A model generated the notes under the pieces. That model had not been told where the DNA came from, ran no database searches, and saw only the letters and a list, made by a program, of their open reading frames with translations. 64,000 nt of DNA, taken from positions 16,293 through 80,292 of the forward strand of contig JBAZJV010000003.1 in the NCBI GenBank assembly GCA_041651095.1. The letters run 5' to 3'. Positions 54,093-63,439 of this stretch are shown here, in pieces. This DNA comes from Patescibacteria group bacterium (GTDB taxonomy: Bacteria; Patescibacteriota; Patescibacteriia; Patescibacteriales; UBA12465). Made by a program: the position numbers and the translations under genes. How positions within the stretch are numbered: position 1 is the first letter of the stretch; each line of letters opens with the position of its first letter.

Positions 54093-55359
54093 ATTTAACG
54101 TCCAGTAGCCGGATAGCGGCCAGGCCGATAGCGATTGGCAACCAGACCTTGCCTTTATAATACGAGGTATTGAACAGTTGGAAGAACAGTCCGCCCGCTC
54201 CGGCCAAGAGCAAGGGCAGCAGCCAGGGGTGGTGCTCATAATATTTCTTGATCGCCCGGTAGCTGGTCTGCCATAAGGCGGACATGATAAAGAGCCAGGC
54301 CGCGAGTCCGAAGATGCCGTTTTCCGCCAGTACTTTCTGCAGGACGCCATGTGAGTCTATCGCCAGGCCGTATTTAGCCCGGAAGCGGATATTTTCATCC
54401 ACCAAATTGACGAATTCCCCGCTGCCATAGCCGAGATAGGGCTTTCGGTCATAAGCCTGCCAAGCGATTTCCGTCAGCAGCCAACGGTTTTCCGTGGAAC
54501 TGGCATTATCTCGTTGCAACTTTTCCATTTTCCAAAGCAAGGGCGAAAGCATGATCAGTAAAGCGATGCCGGCTAGAGCCAAGTTAACGGTACTGTAGTT
54601 TTTGGCTCGGAAGTAGAACCAGCCATAAACCGCTATCTGTAAGGCCAAGGTAATCCAGCCGGCGCGAGAGAAGGTCAGGACAATCGCCAGAGCGGTCAGG
54701 ATGAAGGCGATATCCAGGGAGCGCCGGAGCCGCGAACTCTTGACCAAAAAGCGCCAAGTCATGATCAAGAAGGCGCCGACATTCAGGAATTCCGCGATCA
54801 GATTATGGTTATCCCCGAATAAATATATGCCGAACCAGGCCATCGGCCTGATTCTGAAGAAGCTGTCGTGCCAGTCCTGTCCGTATAGCGAAAGATAGCC
54901 GTTAGCCGTTACCAGAAAACAGCCGAGCGCCAGGGCGATGATAGTCCGTTTAAGTATCGGTCCGTTGCGGATCAGGTTGTAAGGCAAAAAGATATAAGCC
55001 AAGTAGAGGAGCAGCGGCCAGCGGACGACATACCAAAGCGACGACCAGATGTTATCGGAAAGCAAACTGGACAACAGGCTGATTCCCAAGAATATGAAGA
55101 ACGGGAATAATAGAGGCCATTTTAGGGCCAGCCGGCGGCGCGGTTCAAATAGCAGCGTATAGATCGAACGGACGGCGAAGGCAATAAGCGCCAACAGGGC
55201 GGCCAAGTCTGTCAGCGGGATGACCAGGGGGCCGACATAAAAATACCAGCCGATCGCCGGTATCAAAAAAGCCAGCGCGTACAGGCTGAAATTAGGCCGG
55301 GCGATGAAGACGGCGATTATGAGGATTGCGGCCAAGGCCGCTAAGACGCTGATTAGCAT
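54064..55359 (-). CDS. O-antigen ligase/polymerase-like (Wzy_C) polytopic membrane protein
   Basis: 431 aa with about 11 TMs and a large loop. The layout is typical of O-antigen ligase-like proteins and the gene lies within a GT cluster. Confidence 0.65.
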   Translation of the reverse strand: MLISVLAALAAILIIAVFIARPNFSLYALAFLIPAIGWYFYVGPLVIPLTDLAALLALIAFAVRSIYTLLFEPRRRLALKWPLLFPFFIFLGISLLSSLLSDNIWSSLWYVVRWPLLLYLAYIFLPYNLIRNGPILKRTIIALALGCFLVTANGYLSLYGQDWHDSFFRIRPMAWFGIYLFGDNHNLIAEFLNVGAFLIMTWRFLVKSSRLRRSLDIAFILTALAIVLTFSRAGWITLALQIAVYGWFYFRAKNYSTVNLALAGIALLIMLSPLLWKMEKLQRDNASSTENRWLLTEIAWQAYDRKPYLGYGSGEFVNLVDENIRFRAKYGLAIDSHGVLQKVLAENGIFGLAAWLFIMSALWQTSYRAIKKYYEHHPWLLPLLLAGAGGLFFQLFNTSYYKGKVWLPIAIGLAAIRLLDVKYGRKETTQN

Positions 55360-55442
55360 ATATGATTATCATATCTTAAAATTATTTAAAAAAGAAGGGC
55401 CGATTTGATCAGCCCTTGCGCGTTAATCCGAATTCAGTTTTT

Positions 55443-56465
55443 TTATTTTTGCATAACTTGACCGGTTTTTTGGGATGGAATAATTTCTATTCTCTGCCCA
55501 TCCTGTTCCCGGACGACCTTGATTTTACCTCCGACCTGGAATTTTTTATCAAATTGCTGATACCAAGTCGGATTATTCTGCCCCACGGCCACAAAGACAT
55601 CGTGATCAAGCATCAGGGCGCTGGCCAGCACGAAATCCAAATCACGTTCTCTTTCGGCTTGGAGAATCGTATATGGTCCGGTCTGATGGGCGTTAGCCAT
55701 GCTTTGCCACCAGCCGTGATCCGTGGAATCTCCTAAATATTCATTAGAAAAACCCTCGAACTTCCGGCCGTTTAAGACATCCATGAATTCCACGGAGCCC
55801 TTATTGGCGATGATGATGAAATTTTTGCCTTTGGCGGCGCGAATCGTCAGCAAATGTCGATAGACGCCCCTTGACCAATAGTGGTCCAGGATGAAACTTT
55901 CATCCGGTTGGCCATCATAGTCGGCATCAATACCGTCAGAGACCCAAGAGACATTGCCGCCCCCATTATCCAGGAAATAACCGTTCCAGATGGGATCCGA
56001 TAAAACGGTTTTTAGCAGGAAGGCAGTGATCCATTCCCGGTAATTATAGGATTTTCCGGCGATATGATAGACCGGGCACTGGTCGGACATATTCATCATT
56101 AGCATCCGGGGGTAAAAGACCGCTGACCGTCCGTTAGCAGTTTTCAGATACCAGCTCGGATATTTTGCTTGCAAGCTGTCTATCAGGGCATTTTGGATGG
56201 GGCGGTTTGGCGTCCGGTCGGATTCCCAGACTTCCTGAGCGTTCCAATAGGCTAATAGAATTATCTGATGATTTGATCTTTTCAGAGAATCCAGCACCTG
56301 GTAATTATTAACCATATTTTCGGCATCGACGATCACCAGGTCAAATTTAGCCAATTTAGGTACAACGGTCATGGCCATGACCGGCGAGGTCCAGTAAACC
56401 GCCGTTTTAATCGCGGCGGAAGAAACACTGGTTAGCAGAATGAGGTATATCATTATTTTTTTCAC
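55443..56465 (-). CDS. Secreted putative glycoside-hydrolase-like TIM-barrel protein (paralog of the 25899 N-domain)
   Basis: 340 aa. Shares blocks with the 25899 product (FDLVIVDAEN vs WDLLILDMET; IILLAYWNAQEV vs IILAYLTSQEI; GYFLDNGGGNVSW vs GVFYDNTWGDVSW). Confidence 0.5.
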   Translation of the reverse strand: MKKIMIYLILLTSVSSAAIKTAVYWTSPVMAMTVVPKLAKFDLVIVDAENMVNNYQVLDSLKRSNHQIILLAYWNAQEVWESDRTPNRPIQNALIDSLQAKYPSWYLKTANGRSAVFYPRMLMMNMSDQCPVYHIAGKSYNYREWITAFLLKTVLSDPIWNGYFLDNGGGNVSWVSDGIDADYDGQPDESFILDHYWSRGVYRHLLTIRAAKGKNFIIIANKGSVEFMDVLNGRKFEGFSNEYLGDSTDHGWWQSMANAHQTGPYTILQAERERDLDFVLASALMLDHDVFVAVGQNNPTWYQQFDKKFQVGGKIKVVREQDGQRIEIIPSQKTGQVMQK

Positions 56466-56594
56466 GTTTTCACCTTTATATTGTTTTTGATATTCTGTTG
56501 TTAAAGAAAATTACGTTATTTTTCGTTAAAAAACAATCAGCTTAACTGATTGTTTATTTTACAATATATTTAGATTTTAGTCAATGTTATCAAC

Positions 56595-58481
56595 TTAGAA
56601 TTGGAAATTTTTATCATTAATAAAATCAGTATGCCAGGATCTGGCCTTACCTTTGGCCGGCTTGATTGAAATATTGAGACCTTCCATCCTTTGCCCGGCT
56701 TGTTTCTGGACTAATAATCCGTATCGCCCGGTCTCTAGAGATTCTTTAAGGTTCACGGGCAAGGTATAATTCAATGTGATTTCCCGGCTGTCACCAGGTT
56801 CGATCGTGAAAAAGAAGCTGAAGACCGTCTTTTCCAGAGCCGTGTCGTCAGAGACGCTGAAATCAGCCTTGGACTGCTCTATCCCGGCGAACGACAAGAA
56901 GCGGCTGCCTAGCGGCGTATAGATCCGGGTATAGCTCCGGTAGCGGGTAGTCCGCCAATCAAAGCCGCCTTCGTGGCGGTAGTTCAGGCGGACGGTCGCC
57001 GTCAGGTTATCGTTATTTTCCGTTACCGCATAAGACAGGCTCTTTTTGACCACGGCGTCGCTCTTAAAAGCGCCTAAGTTAGAATCCACGACCAACAGGT
57101 AATCTCCGGCGGTCTTGGCCACTTCCCCGCCGGCGCCTAATGATTGAGCCAGCCTTTCCCAGTTTTGATTTGAAAAGTAGAGCTGGATATTCTTATCGGT
57201 GATATTCTGATCCAACACCTTGAAGAATCCGGCCCAACCGGACGCCGATAACTTGAATAAGCGGTTCCTTAATTCGGCGATCAATTCATTAATGATTTCT
57301 TTCCGGTCCCAAGCGGAAATCGCTTGGTCTTTATAGGCGATCTCCACGTTATATTGCAGGAGCGGCTGGAAATTATCGGCATTGTAAGTCGCTCCTTTGA
57401 CCGTGATCGGACCGACCAAGCGGATCAGATCGGCGACGAAATCCGGCGTAATGGCCACGATGCCGGTAAACGGTTCGGCCGTTTGCTTGATGGCCCGGCT
57501 TTCACCCTGGAAAATTTCGTTGATCTGCTTAGCCGCCGTCGGCCAGTCCGGCGACCAATTGGCGTCGCGCAGATACCATTTTTCTACTTTCAGATATTTT
57601 TTGATCGGCGCCGGCGGCTCTAAGCGCCAATCAGCCGACAAAGAAGCCGGCATATCCAGGTGGTAGCTGTCATTACTATCCAAAGAAACTATCTGGCCCT
57701 TTCGGCTGGTCAACAGGCCGTAGACGCCGATGAAGCCGCCGCTGGCCCGCAATTCGTCATTGTTTTGAAAAATCAGCAGGAAGCGGCTGTCTTCCGGGTA
57801 ACCGGACAAGGCCGGCAGCAGTTTGACCAGCGGCGAAAGCCGGTTCATTAAGCCGGTCACTTGATCTAGTTCAGCCTTGATATCGCTGATTTGGCTGTAA
57901 ATCGGCCAGAGTACGCCCAGGCGGTGGATTCGGCCCAGATTGAGCGAAGCTAGTTCCAGATTGGCCCGCAACCCGTTGAGCTCTGGCTCGGACTCATAGA
58001 TCAGGCGCAGGAAGCGGATCCGTTCGTCTTCTCTTAGATCAACGAAATTACGGCTGCCGGCCGTGGCGCTGATCTGATCCAGGCTGGCGGCTAAAGGCAG
58101 GACTCGCGACAAGGCCCGGCTTAGGATTTCGGCCGTTTTCAACAAATATTCCAGATCAGCGACCTGGTTGCGGACCAGCTTTAGGTGTTTTACGGCAATA
58201 TTGTCGTGAGTTTGCTCGAGACTGGCCAAGGCGCCGGAAAAATTCGTTTCCGCTTGGGCGGACCGTTCCGTCGCCGTCGGCCAATCCAGCGCCTGCGCCG
58301 CTTGGACGGCGGCGGTCAGGGCGGCCTTCCCGGCCAGGCCGGAATCCGCCGCCGCCCGCAGATTTCGATAGGCGCCGCTGAGGAGGATCAAAAGAAAAAT
58401 TAACAGCGCGGCGCCGAGGAAGATGAGGTATTTGAAGATTTTCCAGATGAGAGCGGCGATAATGGCCGGCGAGTTTTTCAT
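56595..58481 (-). CDS. Membrane-anchored extracellular protein, DUF4012-like
   Basis: 628 aa. N-terminal TM and an ASGGFIGVYGLL motif recalled as typical of DUF4012 proteins found next to cell-envelope polysaccharide genes. The assignment is from memory only. Confidence 0.45.
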   Translation of the reverse strand: MKNSPAIIAALIWKIFKYLIFLGAALLIFLLILLSGAYRNLRAAADSGLAGKAALTAAVQAAQALDWPTATERSAQAETNFSGALASLEQTHDNIAVKHLKLVRNQVADLEYLLKTAEILSRALSRVLPLAASLDQISATAGSRNFVDLREDERIRFLRLIYESEPELNGLRANLELASLNLGRIHRLGVLWPIYSQISDIKAELDQVTGLMNRLSPLVKLLPALSGYPEDSRFLLIFQNNDELRASGGFIGVYGLLTSRKGQIVSLDSNDSYHLDMPASLSADWRLEPPAPIKKYLKVEKWYLRDANWSPDWPTAAKQINEIFQGESRAIKQTAEPFTGIVAITPDFVADLIRLVGPITVKGATYNADNFQPLLQYNVEIAYKDQAISAWDRKEIINELIAELRNRLFKLSASGWAGFFKVLDQNITDKNIQLYFSNQNWERLAQSLGAGGEVAKTAGDYLLVVDSNLGAFKSDAVVKKSLSYAVTENNDNLTATVRLNYRHEGGFDWRTTRYRSYTRIYTPLGSRFLSFAGIEQSKADFSVSDDTALEKTVFSFFFTIEPGDSREITLNYTLPVNLKESLETGRYGLLVQKQAGQRMEGLNISIKPAKGKARSWHTDFINDKNFQF

Positions 58482-59050
58482 AATGATTCAGTCTGATGGA
58501 TACGATCGATCAGCACCAGGGTCTTGCCGGTCAGGATGTTATAGAGGAAGATATCCATTATTTCTTCCCGATAACGGAATTCTCTTTCAGTCATGATCGT
58601 AAAATTTATTTCCCGTCCCAAGTCGTGTTCCAATTCCTTCATTAATTTCAAAAAGGCCGGCCGCCGGACATTGCCGACAACCAGCAGATCGGTCTGAGCT
58701 TCTGGATAATTGGTGAACAGGCCGGTTAAAGCCAGAAATTTCGGTTGACAAATTTGCCGCAAGCCGAGAATGAATTTCTGGCTGGACAGGATTTGCGCTT
58801 TGGCAAATAAGGCCTTGATTTCCGGATAGAGGATGAAGCCCGGATTAACGTTGAAATATCTTTTTTTAAGGGCAGTCTCTTCGTTCAGCAGGCCGAAGCG
58901 GACCAGGTTATCCAGTTCGTGCCGGACGGAATTGGCCGGCAGATCCAGATCGCGAGCCAGTTCGGTTAACTGGAACTTACGCGCCGTTCCCAGCAGGAGG
59001 AGATTCAGTATTTTGACCCGGGTCGCCGAACTGAAAATAGCTTCTAGCAT
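58478..59050 (-). CDS. Winged-helix transcriptional regulator-like protein
   Basis: 190 aa. N-terminal ArsR/MarR-like wHTH (TRVKILNLLLL...LTELARDLDLPANSVRHELDNLVRFGLL). Translationally coupled (ATGA) to the downstream gene. Confidence 0.55.
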   Translation of the reverse strand: MLEAIFSSATRVKILNLLLLGTARKFQLTELARDLDLPANSVRHELDNLVRFGLLNEETALKKRYFNVNPGFILYPEIKALFAKAQILSSQKFILGLRQICQPKFLALTGLFTNYPEAQTDLLVVGNVRRPAFLKLMKELEHDLGREINFTIMTEREFRYREEIMDIFLYNILTGKTLVLIDRIHQTESL

Positions 59051-59118
59051 ATTTCTTTATTTATGGATTTATAGTATAATATTCGTGAGAAACAGTCAAA
59101 CCAAAAAACGGCCTGAAA

Positions 59119-61377
59119 ATGGCTATTTTGCTTATGTATAACAAGATCGCCTCTATCATCCTGAATTCCGCCAAAGCGGCCGGGTTGAGCGACGTTTACG
59201 TTGCCCAGCCCGATTCCCTGAAAGAAAATTTGGCGGGCAAGATTTTTGTTTTGGCGGAAATCGGCGGCAAGAAAAATGACGGACGCAAAGTTTTTGATTT
59301 TCTGGTATCCGCTTTGGAAGATAATTATTATAACGATGAAAAAATATTGTTCCGAGGCAAGATCGAGGGCTTGAAGATCGAAAATATTTTCGAAGCCGCG
59401 GTGACCAAGACCAACAAGAATCTGGCTGATTTCCTGACGGCGGAAAAAATTCAAATCAATCCGCACGCCGCCAATATCACGATCGGCGTCATCTATGAGA
59501 ATAAATTGCATTTTGCCAATTTTGGCGGCAACCGGGCTTTGCTGGTTTATCGCCACGGGGAGAACTATGAGCTGATCAATGTGGAAGCGAATGCGGCGGA
59601 AGCGCCGGATAATGTCGAGGCCGGCGAACCGGTTGCCGCCAAGTCGACTAAGTTGTTTTCTTCAGTGATCAGCGGCGAAATCCCCTTAAGCTCCTATTTT
59701 GTTTTTACCAGCGAAGCGTTGCCGGAATACTTGTCCGGCAAGGAGCTGATCAATATCCTGACTAAATTGCCGCCGATCACGGCCGCCGAGCAGATCAAAA
59801 GCATCCTGGCGAAAATGAATACTTACGTGCCGTTTCTGGGTATCATCATCAAGAATACGACCGGTTTGCCCGGACAGGAAACCAGAGAAGAACTGGAAGA
59901 AAAATTGGCGGCCCGGTCCAGCGTTTCCTCCTTGAATTATACCGAGGAGAAGACGGAGCAGATGCTTGCTCCGGCCGGCCTCATCAATTTCGCCAAATTA
60001 TTCCGTCAATTCAAAGAATTGGCCGGGCGATGGCCGAAAGCCGGCTTGTCGGCGCGCAAGAAAAAGTATCTGCGACCCGAAGAAAGCGCCCGGGTCGTCC
60101 CGTCAGCGCCTGAATTGGGACAGATCAAGAGCTTAAGCTCAGTGCGGGCTGACTCTTTCCTGATCAAAGAAAAGATATTTTTCAAGAAGAAACCCGGTTG
60201 GCCCGGCATCCTGCTAAAAAAATCCGGTCAATATGTCGTGAGTCTTTTTTCTCCGGAAACTTGGTCCGGACTGAGCGCCAAGCTCAAGAATTGGGTCAAA
60301 GCCTTAAGCCCGAAGAACCGTTGGCTATTTGGCGCGCTGGGACTCCTGGTCGTCATTTTTATCGGCAGCTTACTCTTTACTAATTGGCGTCACGAGCGCC
60401 AGTTGGCCCAAGCGGAATTCACCAGGCTCGCCGCCGCGATAGAAGAAAAAGAAAACGCCATTGACGCCCATCTTCTCTATAACGATGAGGCCGGCGCCGG
60501 CCAGCTCCTATTGGAGGCGCAGGCGCTGATCGCTTCCCTGCCGCAGCGGACCAAAGATGAACAGGCCGGCTACCAACGGCTGGCGGAACGCCTGGCGGCC
60601 ATGAGCGAAAAGATCCAAAAGATCGTTAAAGTCGGGGCCGCCGATAAGGTTAATGATCTGAGCGGCTTGGGAGCTGAAAGCCTGGTTTATGCCGCCGGTA
60701 AGCTTTATGCCGCTGGCGGCAATACGATTTATGAATTAACCCCCGGCCGAGCGGACTCGGTTAAATCCAGCCTGGACGGCGTCAGCCGGTTAAGTCGGCC
60801 GGATTTCGAGGGCGGCGACTATATCTATTACCAGGCTGCCGGGCAGCTCGCCCGTTTCAATATCAAATCCAAGGCGAGCAACTTGATCAAGATAACCGGC
60901 TCTGATTTCAGCCAATCCGCCGCCTTCCGGATTTTTAACGGCAATTTATATGCTTTAATTCCGGGCCAAGGACAGATTTATAAGTATACTAAATTCGCGA
61001 CCAAGAGCGATTGGCTGAAGGCGGAAGCCGACTTAAGTCGGGCCGTGGACTTAGGCATCGACGGATCGATTTATGTCTTGAACAGCGACGGCCGCGTACA
61101 GAAATTCTACTTGAATAAGCCGGCCGATTATTCCGCCGCCCCGCTCATGCCGACCATGACCGGCGCCTCGAAACTCATCGTCGGCGATAAGCTTTTATAT
61201 GTATTTGAGGGCGGTTCCAAGCGTTTGGCGGTCTTAGCCAAGTCGGACGGCCACCTGATTAATCAATATGTCGTCGACTCGCTGGACCAGCCGCGGGATG
61301 TCGCCGTGGATGAAGCCGGCCGGATTGCTTATTTCCTGGCCGGCGAAACGGTGTATAAGATCAGTTTGAATCAATAA
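59119..61377 (+). CDS. Bitopic protein: degenerate PP2C-like N-domain, TM, extracellular beta-propeller-like C-domain
   Basis: 752 aa. ITIGVIYENKLHFANFGGNRALLV resembles the PP2C motif (..LYVANVGDSRA..) but with the metal-binding Asp replaced. TM WLFGALGLLVVIFIGSLLF at about aa 395. Confidence 0.4.
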   Translation: MAILLMYNKIASIILNSAKAAGLSDVYVAQPDSLKENLAGKIFVLAEIGGKKNDGRKVFDFLVSALEDNYYNDEKILFRGKIEGLKIENIFEAAVTKTNKNLADFLTAEKIQINPHAANITIGVIYENKLHFANFGGNRALLVYRHGENYELINVEANAAEAPDNVEAGEPVAAKSTKLFSSVISGEIPLSSYFVFTSEALPEYLSGKELINILTKLPPITAAEQIKSILAKMNTYVPFLGIIIKNTTGLPGQETREELEEKLAARSSVSSLNYTEEKTEQMLAPAGLINFAKLFRQFKELAGRWPKAGLSARKKKYLRPEESARVVPSAPELGQIKSLSSVRADSFLIKEKIFFKKKPGWPGILLKKSGQYVVSLFSPETWSGLSAKLKNWVKALSPKNRWLFGALGLLVVIFIGSLLFTNWRHERQLAQAEFTRLAAAIEEKENAIDAHLLYNDEAGAGQLLLEAQALIASLPQRTKDEQAGYQRLAERLAAMSEKIQKIVKVGAADKVNDLSGLGAESLVYAAGKLYAAGGNTIYELTPGRADSVKSSLDGVSRLSRPDFEGGDYIYYQAAGQLARFNIKSKASNLIKITGSDFSQSAAFRIFNGNLYALIPGQGQIYKYTKFATKSDWLKAEADLSRAVDLGIDGSIYVLNSDGRVQKFYLNKPADYSAAPLMPTMTGASKLIVGDKLLYVFEGGSKRLAVLAKSDGHLINQYVVDSLDQPRDVAVDEAGRIAYFLAGETVYKISLNQ

Positions 61378-61437
61378 GATATGAAAAAACCGTTTAACTT
61401 TTAGAGTTAAACGGTTTTTTGTTAGGAAAGATCTTGT

Positions 61438-61977
61438 TTAAAACTCAACGGGAAGAAGATTTGTAACCACAGTCATAACGCTGTCCCGTCCGTCTTCACT
61501 AGTCCAGGTTCCGTTCCATCCTTTAGTTCCTCCATAGGTCAGGCAATATGTTACAGTCCCTGCATCTCTAGCCTTGGCGATAGCTTTCCCGGTATTATCG
61601 TAGGCCACTATTCCCCAGGTAACCACGGATTTCTTTCCTTCCATGGTAATAGTATCCTTGATTGGTGAATATTCTTTTATAAAGATCAATTTCTGGTTCG
61701 GGGTATAATCTAAGATCTTTATTCTGGATTCTCCAAGCTGATCTATGATCAAACCTTCTTTTTTGGAGACATCCATAATTCCTCCGAAGAATATTTTTTT
61801 ATCACCAAACACTTTATGGTGGGTATAGAAGCCGTTGATTGAAGTCAGCGTTGACGCTGTGGTCGAGTTTGGCACAATTTTGTTTATCGTCTCCGGTACT
61901 GCATAGATTCTATAAATGACAGCGGCGATTATTAAGAAAACGATAAATGCAACAAATATGTAAATTCTTTTTTGCAT
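61438..61977 (-). CDS. N-terminally anchored hypothetical protein (AT-rich orphan)
   Basis: Start moved to MQKRIYIFVAF (ATG at 61977, GGAG 9 nt upstream). 179 aa. Confidence 0.4.
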   Translation of the reverse strand: MQKRIYIFVAFIVFLIIAAVIYRIYAVPETINKIVPNSTTASTLTSINGFYTHHKVFGDKKIFFGGIMDVSKKEGLIIDQLGESRIKILDYTPNQKLIFIKEYSPIKDTITMEGKKSVVTWGIVAYDNTGKAIAKARDAGTVTYCLTYGGTKGWNGTWTSEDGRDSVMTVVTNLLPVEF

Positions 61978-62199
61978 GAGATTTTCTCCGATTGGTTTTT
62001 GAAATATTGGATTAATTACTAACCGCACCTGCGTTTAGATGGACTTAGTAATTAATCCAATTTGATTTTATTGTTAAATAACTGGTTTTTATATTATCAT
62101 ATTATTTAAAAATTGTCAATAATAATGTTATTTCAAACAAAAAAACAACTAATATTAGTTGTTTTTTCGCTCACCATTAAAGTAGAATTTATTTTCTGA

Positions 62200-62598
62200 T
62201 TATTTCAAGGTGACTTTGGCGCCCGCTTCTTCCAATTTTTTCTTCATGGTTTCGGCTTCGGCTTTCTTGACGCCCTCCTTCATGACTTTCGGAGCAGCAT
62301 CGACCAAATCCTTGGCTTCCTTGAGGCCCATCTCGGTCAATTCGCGGACCGCCTTGATGACATTGATCTTGTTGGCGCCGGCATCGGTAATTTCGATGTC
62401 GAACTGATCCTTTTCCTCAACCGCGGCACCGGCGGCACCGGCGGCCGGAGCCATCATCATGGCCGGAGCAGCCGCGCTGACGCCGAATTTTTCTTCCAGG
62501 ATCTTAACGAGTTCCGCCAAGTCCAGGACGCTCATCTTTTCGATTTCGCCCACCAGCTTTTCAAATTTAGCCGGGACGACGACGTTTTTCTCTTCCAT
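62200..62598 (-). CDS. rplL: 50S ribosomal protein L7/L12
   Basis: 132 aa. An Ala-rich hinge and the C-terminus [24 protein letters not shown]...AGAKVTLK. Confidence 0.95.
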   Translation of the reverse strand: MEEKNVVVPAKFEKLVGEIEKMSVLDLAELVKILEEKFGVSAAAPAMMMAPAAGAAGAAVEEKDQFDIEITDAGANKINVIKAVRELTEMGLKEAKDLVDAAPKVMKEGVKKAEAETMKKKLEEAGAKVTLK

Positions 62599-62634
62599 AG
62601 TTTTAAAATTATTATTAATTAATCTTAATTTGAA

Positions 62635-63162
62635 TTATTTTTTCTCTTCAATCGCCTTCAGGACGTTGACCAGATTGCGCAGATTGCCGGCTAAGGCGTT
62701 AACGAAGCCGGAGATCGGCGCGTTCAGGGAACCGACCAGCTTGGCATACAGCTCGGATTTGCCCGGCAGCTTGGCCAGCGATTCCACTTCGGCTTTAGAT
62801 AGCAGCTTCCCTTCCAGGATACCGCCCAAGAAAAAGATCTTATTCTCTTTTTCTTTGTCTTTGCGGAAATTGCCGATGATCTTGGCCGGCGAGACCTCAT
62901 CTTCATAAGAAAAGATGGCCGCCACCTTGCCGTCGAAATCCCTGACGTTTATTTCCAATTTATTGTCTTTGAGGGCTTTGTTCAGCAGGGTCTTCTTGGC
63001 AACGTAATATTCATTATTCTCATCTCTGAGCTTGGCGCGCAAAGCTTCGTTATCCTTGACGCCCAAGGCATTGAACCCGGCAAAGACCATTGATTTGGAT
63101 TTCTGGATCTTAGCGCTTAGATTATCCAGGATGTCTTTCTTTTGATTTTTGTTTTTAGGCAT
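62635..63162 (-). CDS. rplJ: 50S ribosomal protein L10
   Basis: 175 aa. Located upstream of rplL, with L10-like N-terminal K/R-rich and LR..LR motifs. Confidence 0.9.
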   Translation of the reverse strand: MPKNKNQKKDILDNLSAKIQKSKSMVFAGFNALGVKDNEALRAKLRDENNEYYVAKKTLLNKALKDNKLEINVRDFDGKVAAIFSYEDEVSPAKIIGNFRKDKEKENKIFFLGGILEGKLLSKAEVESLAKLPGKSELYAKLVGSLNAPISGFVNALAGNLRNLVNVLKAIEEKK

Positions 63163-63180
63163 ATTGGCAGATATTAAAAA

Positions 63181-63292
63181 ATCTGTGTTACCACAGATGA
63201 TAAATATGCTAAAAATAGCATAATTTATACCTCGGCAAGTCTTACGGGCGCTTAACTGCGCCCTGCTGGCTGTCTGTGGTAATATTGATTGT
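63181..63292 (-). promoter_or_regulatory. Structured rplJ 5' leader with mutually exclusive terminator/antiterminator pairings
   Basis: The terminator-like hairpin ATCTGTG/CACAGAT (63181-63198) is followed on the minus strand by TTTTT, 18 nt before the ATG. The same segment 63188-63197 can instead pair with 63273-63282 (10 bp). Internal hairpins lie at 63206-63221 and 63246-63263. Confidence 0.45.
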
Positions 63293-63301
63293 TATGTGGG
63301 T

Positions 63302-63329
63302 ATATTAGCAGATTATATGGCTTTGTCAA
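63302..63329 (-). promoter_or_regulatory. Candidate rplJ promoter
   Basis: The minus strand reads TTGACA-N16-TAATAT. Confidence 0.35.
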
Positions 63330-63439
63330 GACTATTTTTGTAAATTTCGGCTGATTGACAGATATATTTATTTATGCTTGAATATTAGTATAAGTTCTTT
63401 ACCAAGCTAACTAATTTACCACATACATACGAGGCAAAA

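Noticed and set aside
63355-63383. TTGACA at 63355 as a promoter for the partial plus-strand ORF at 63440.
   Set aside because: At proper spacing the only -10 candidate is the weak TTGAAT, which is not convincing enough to annotate.
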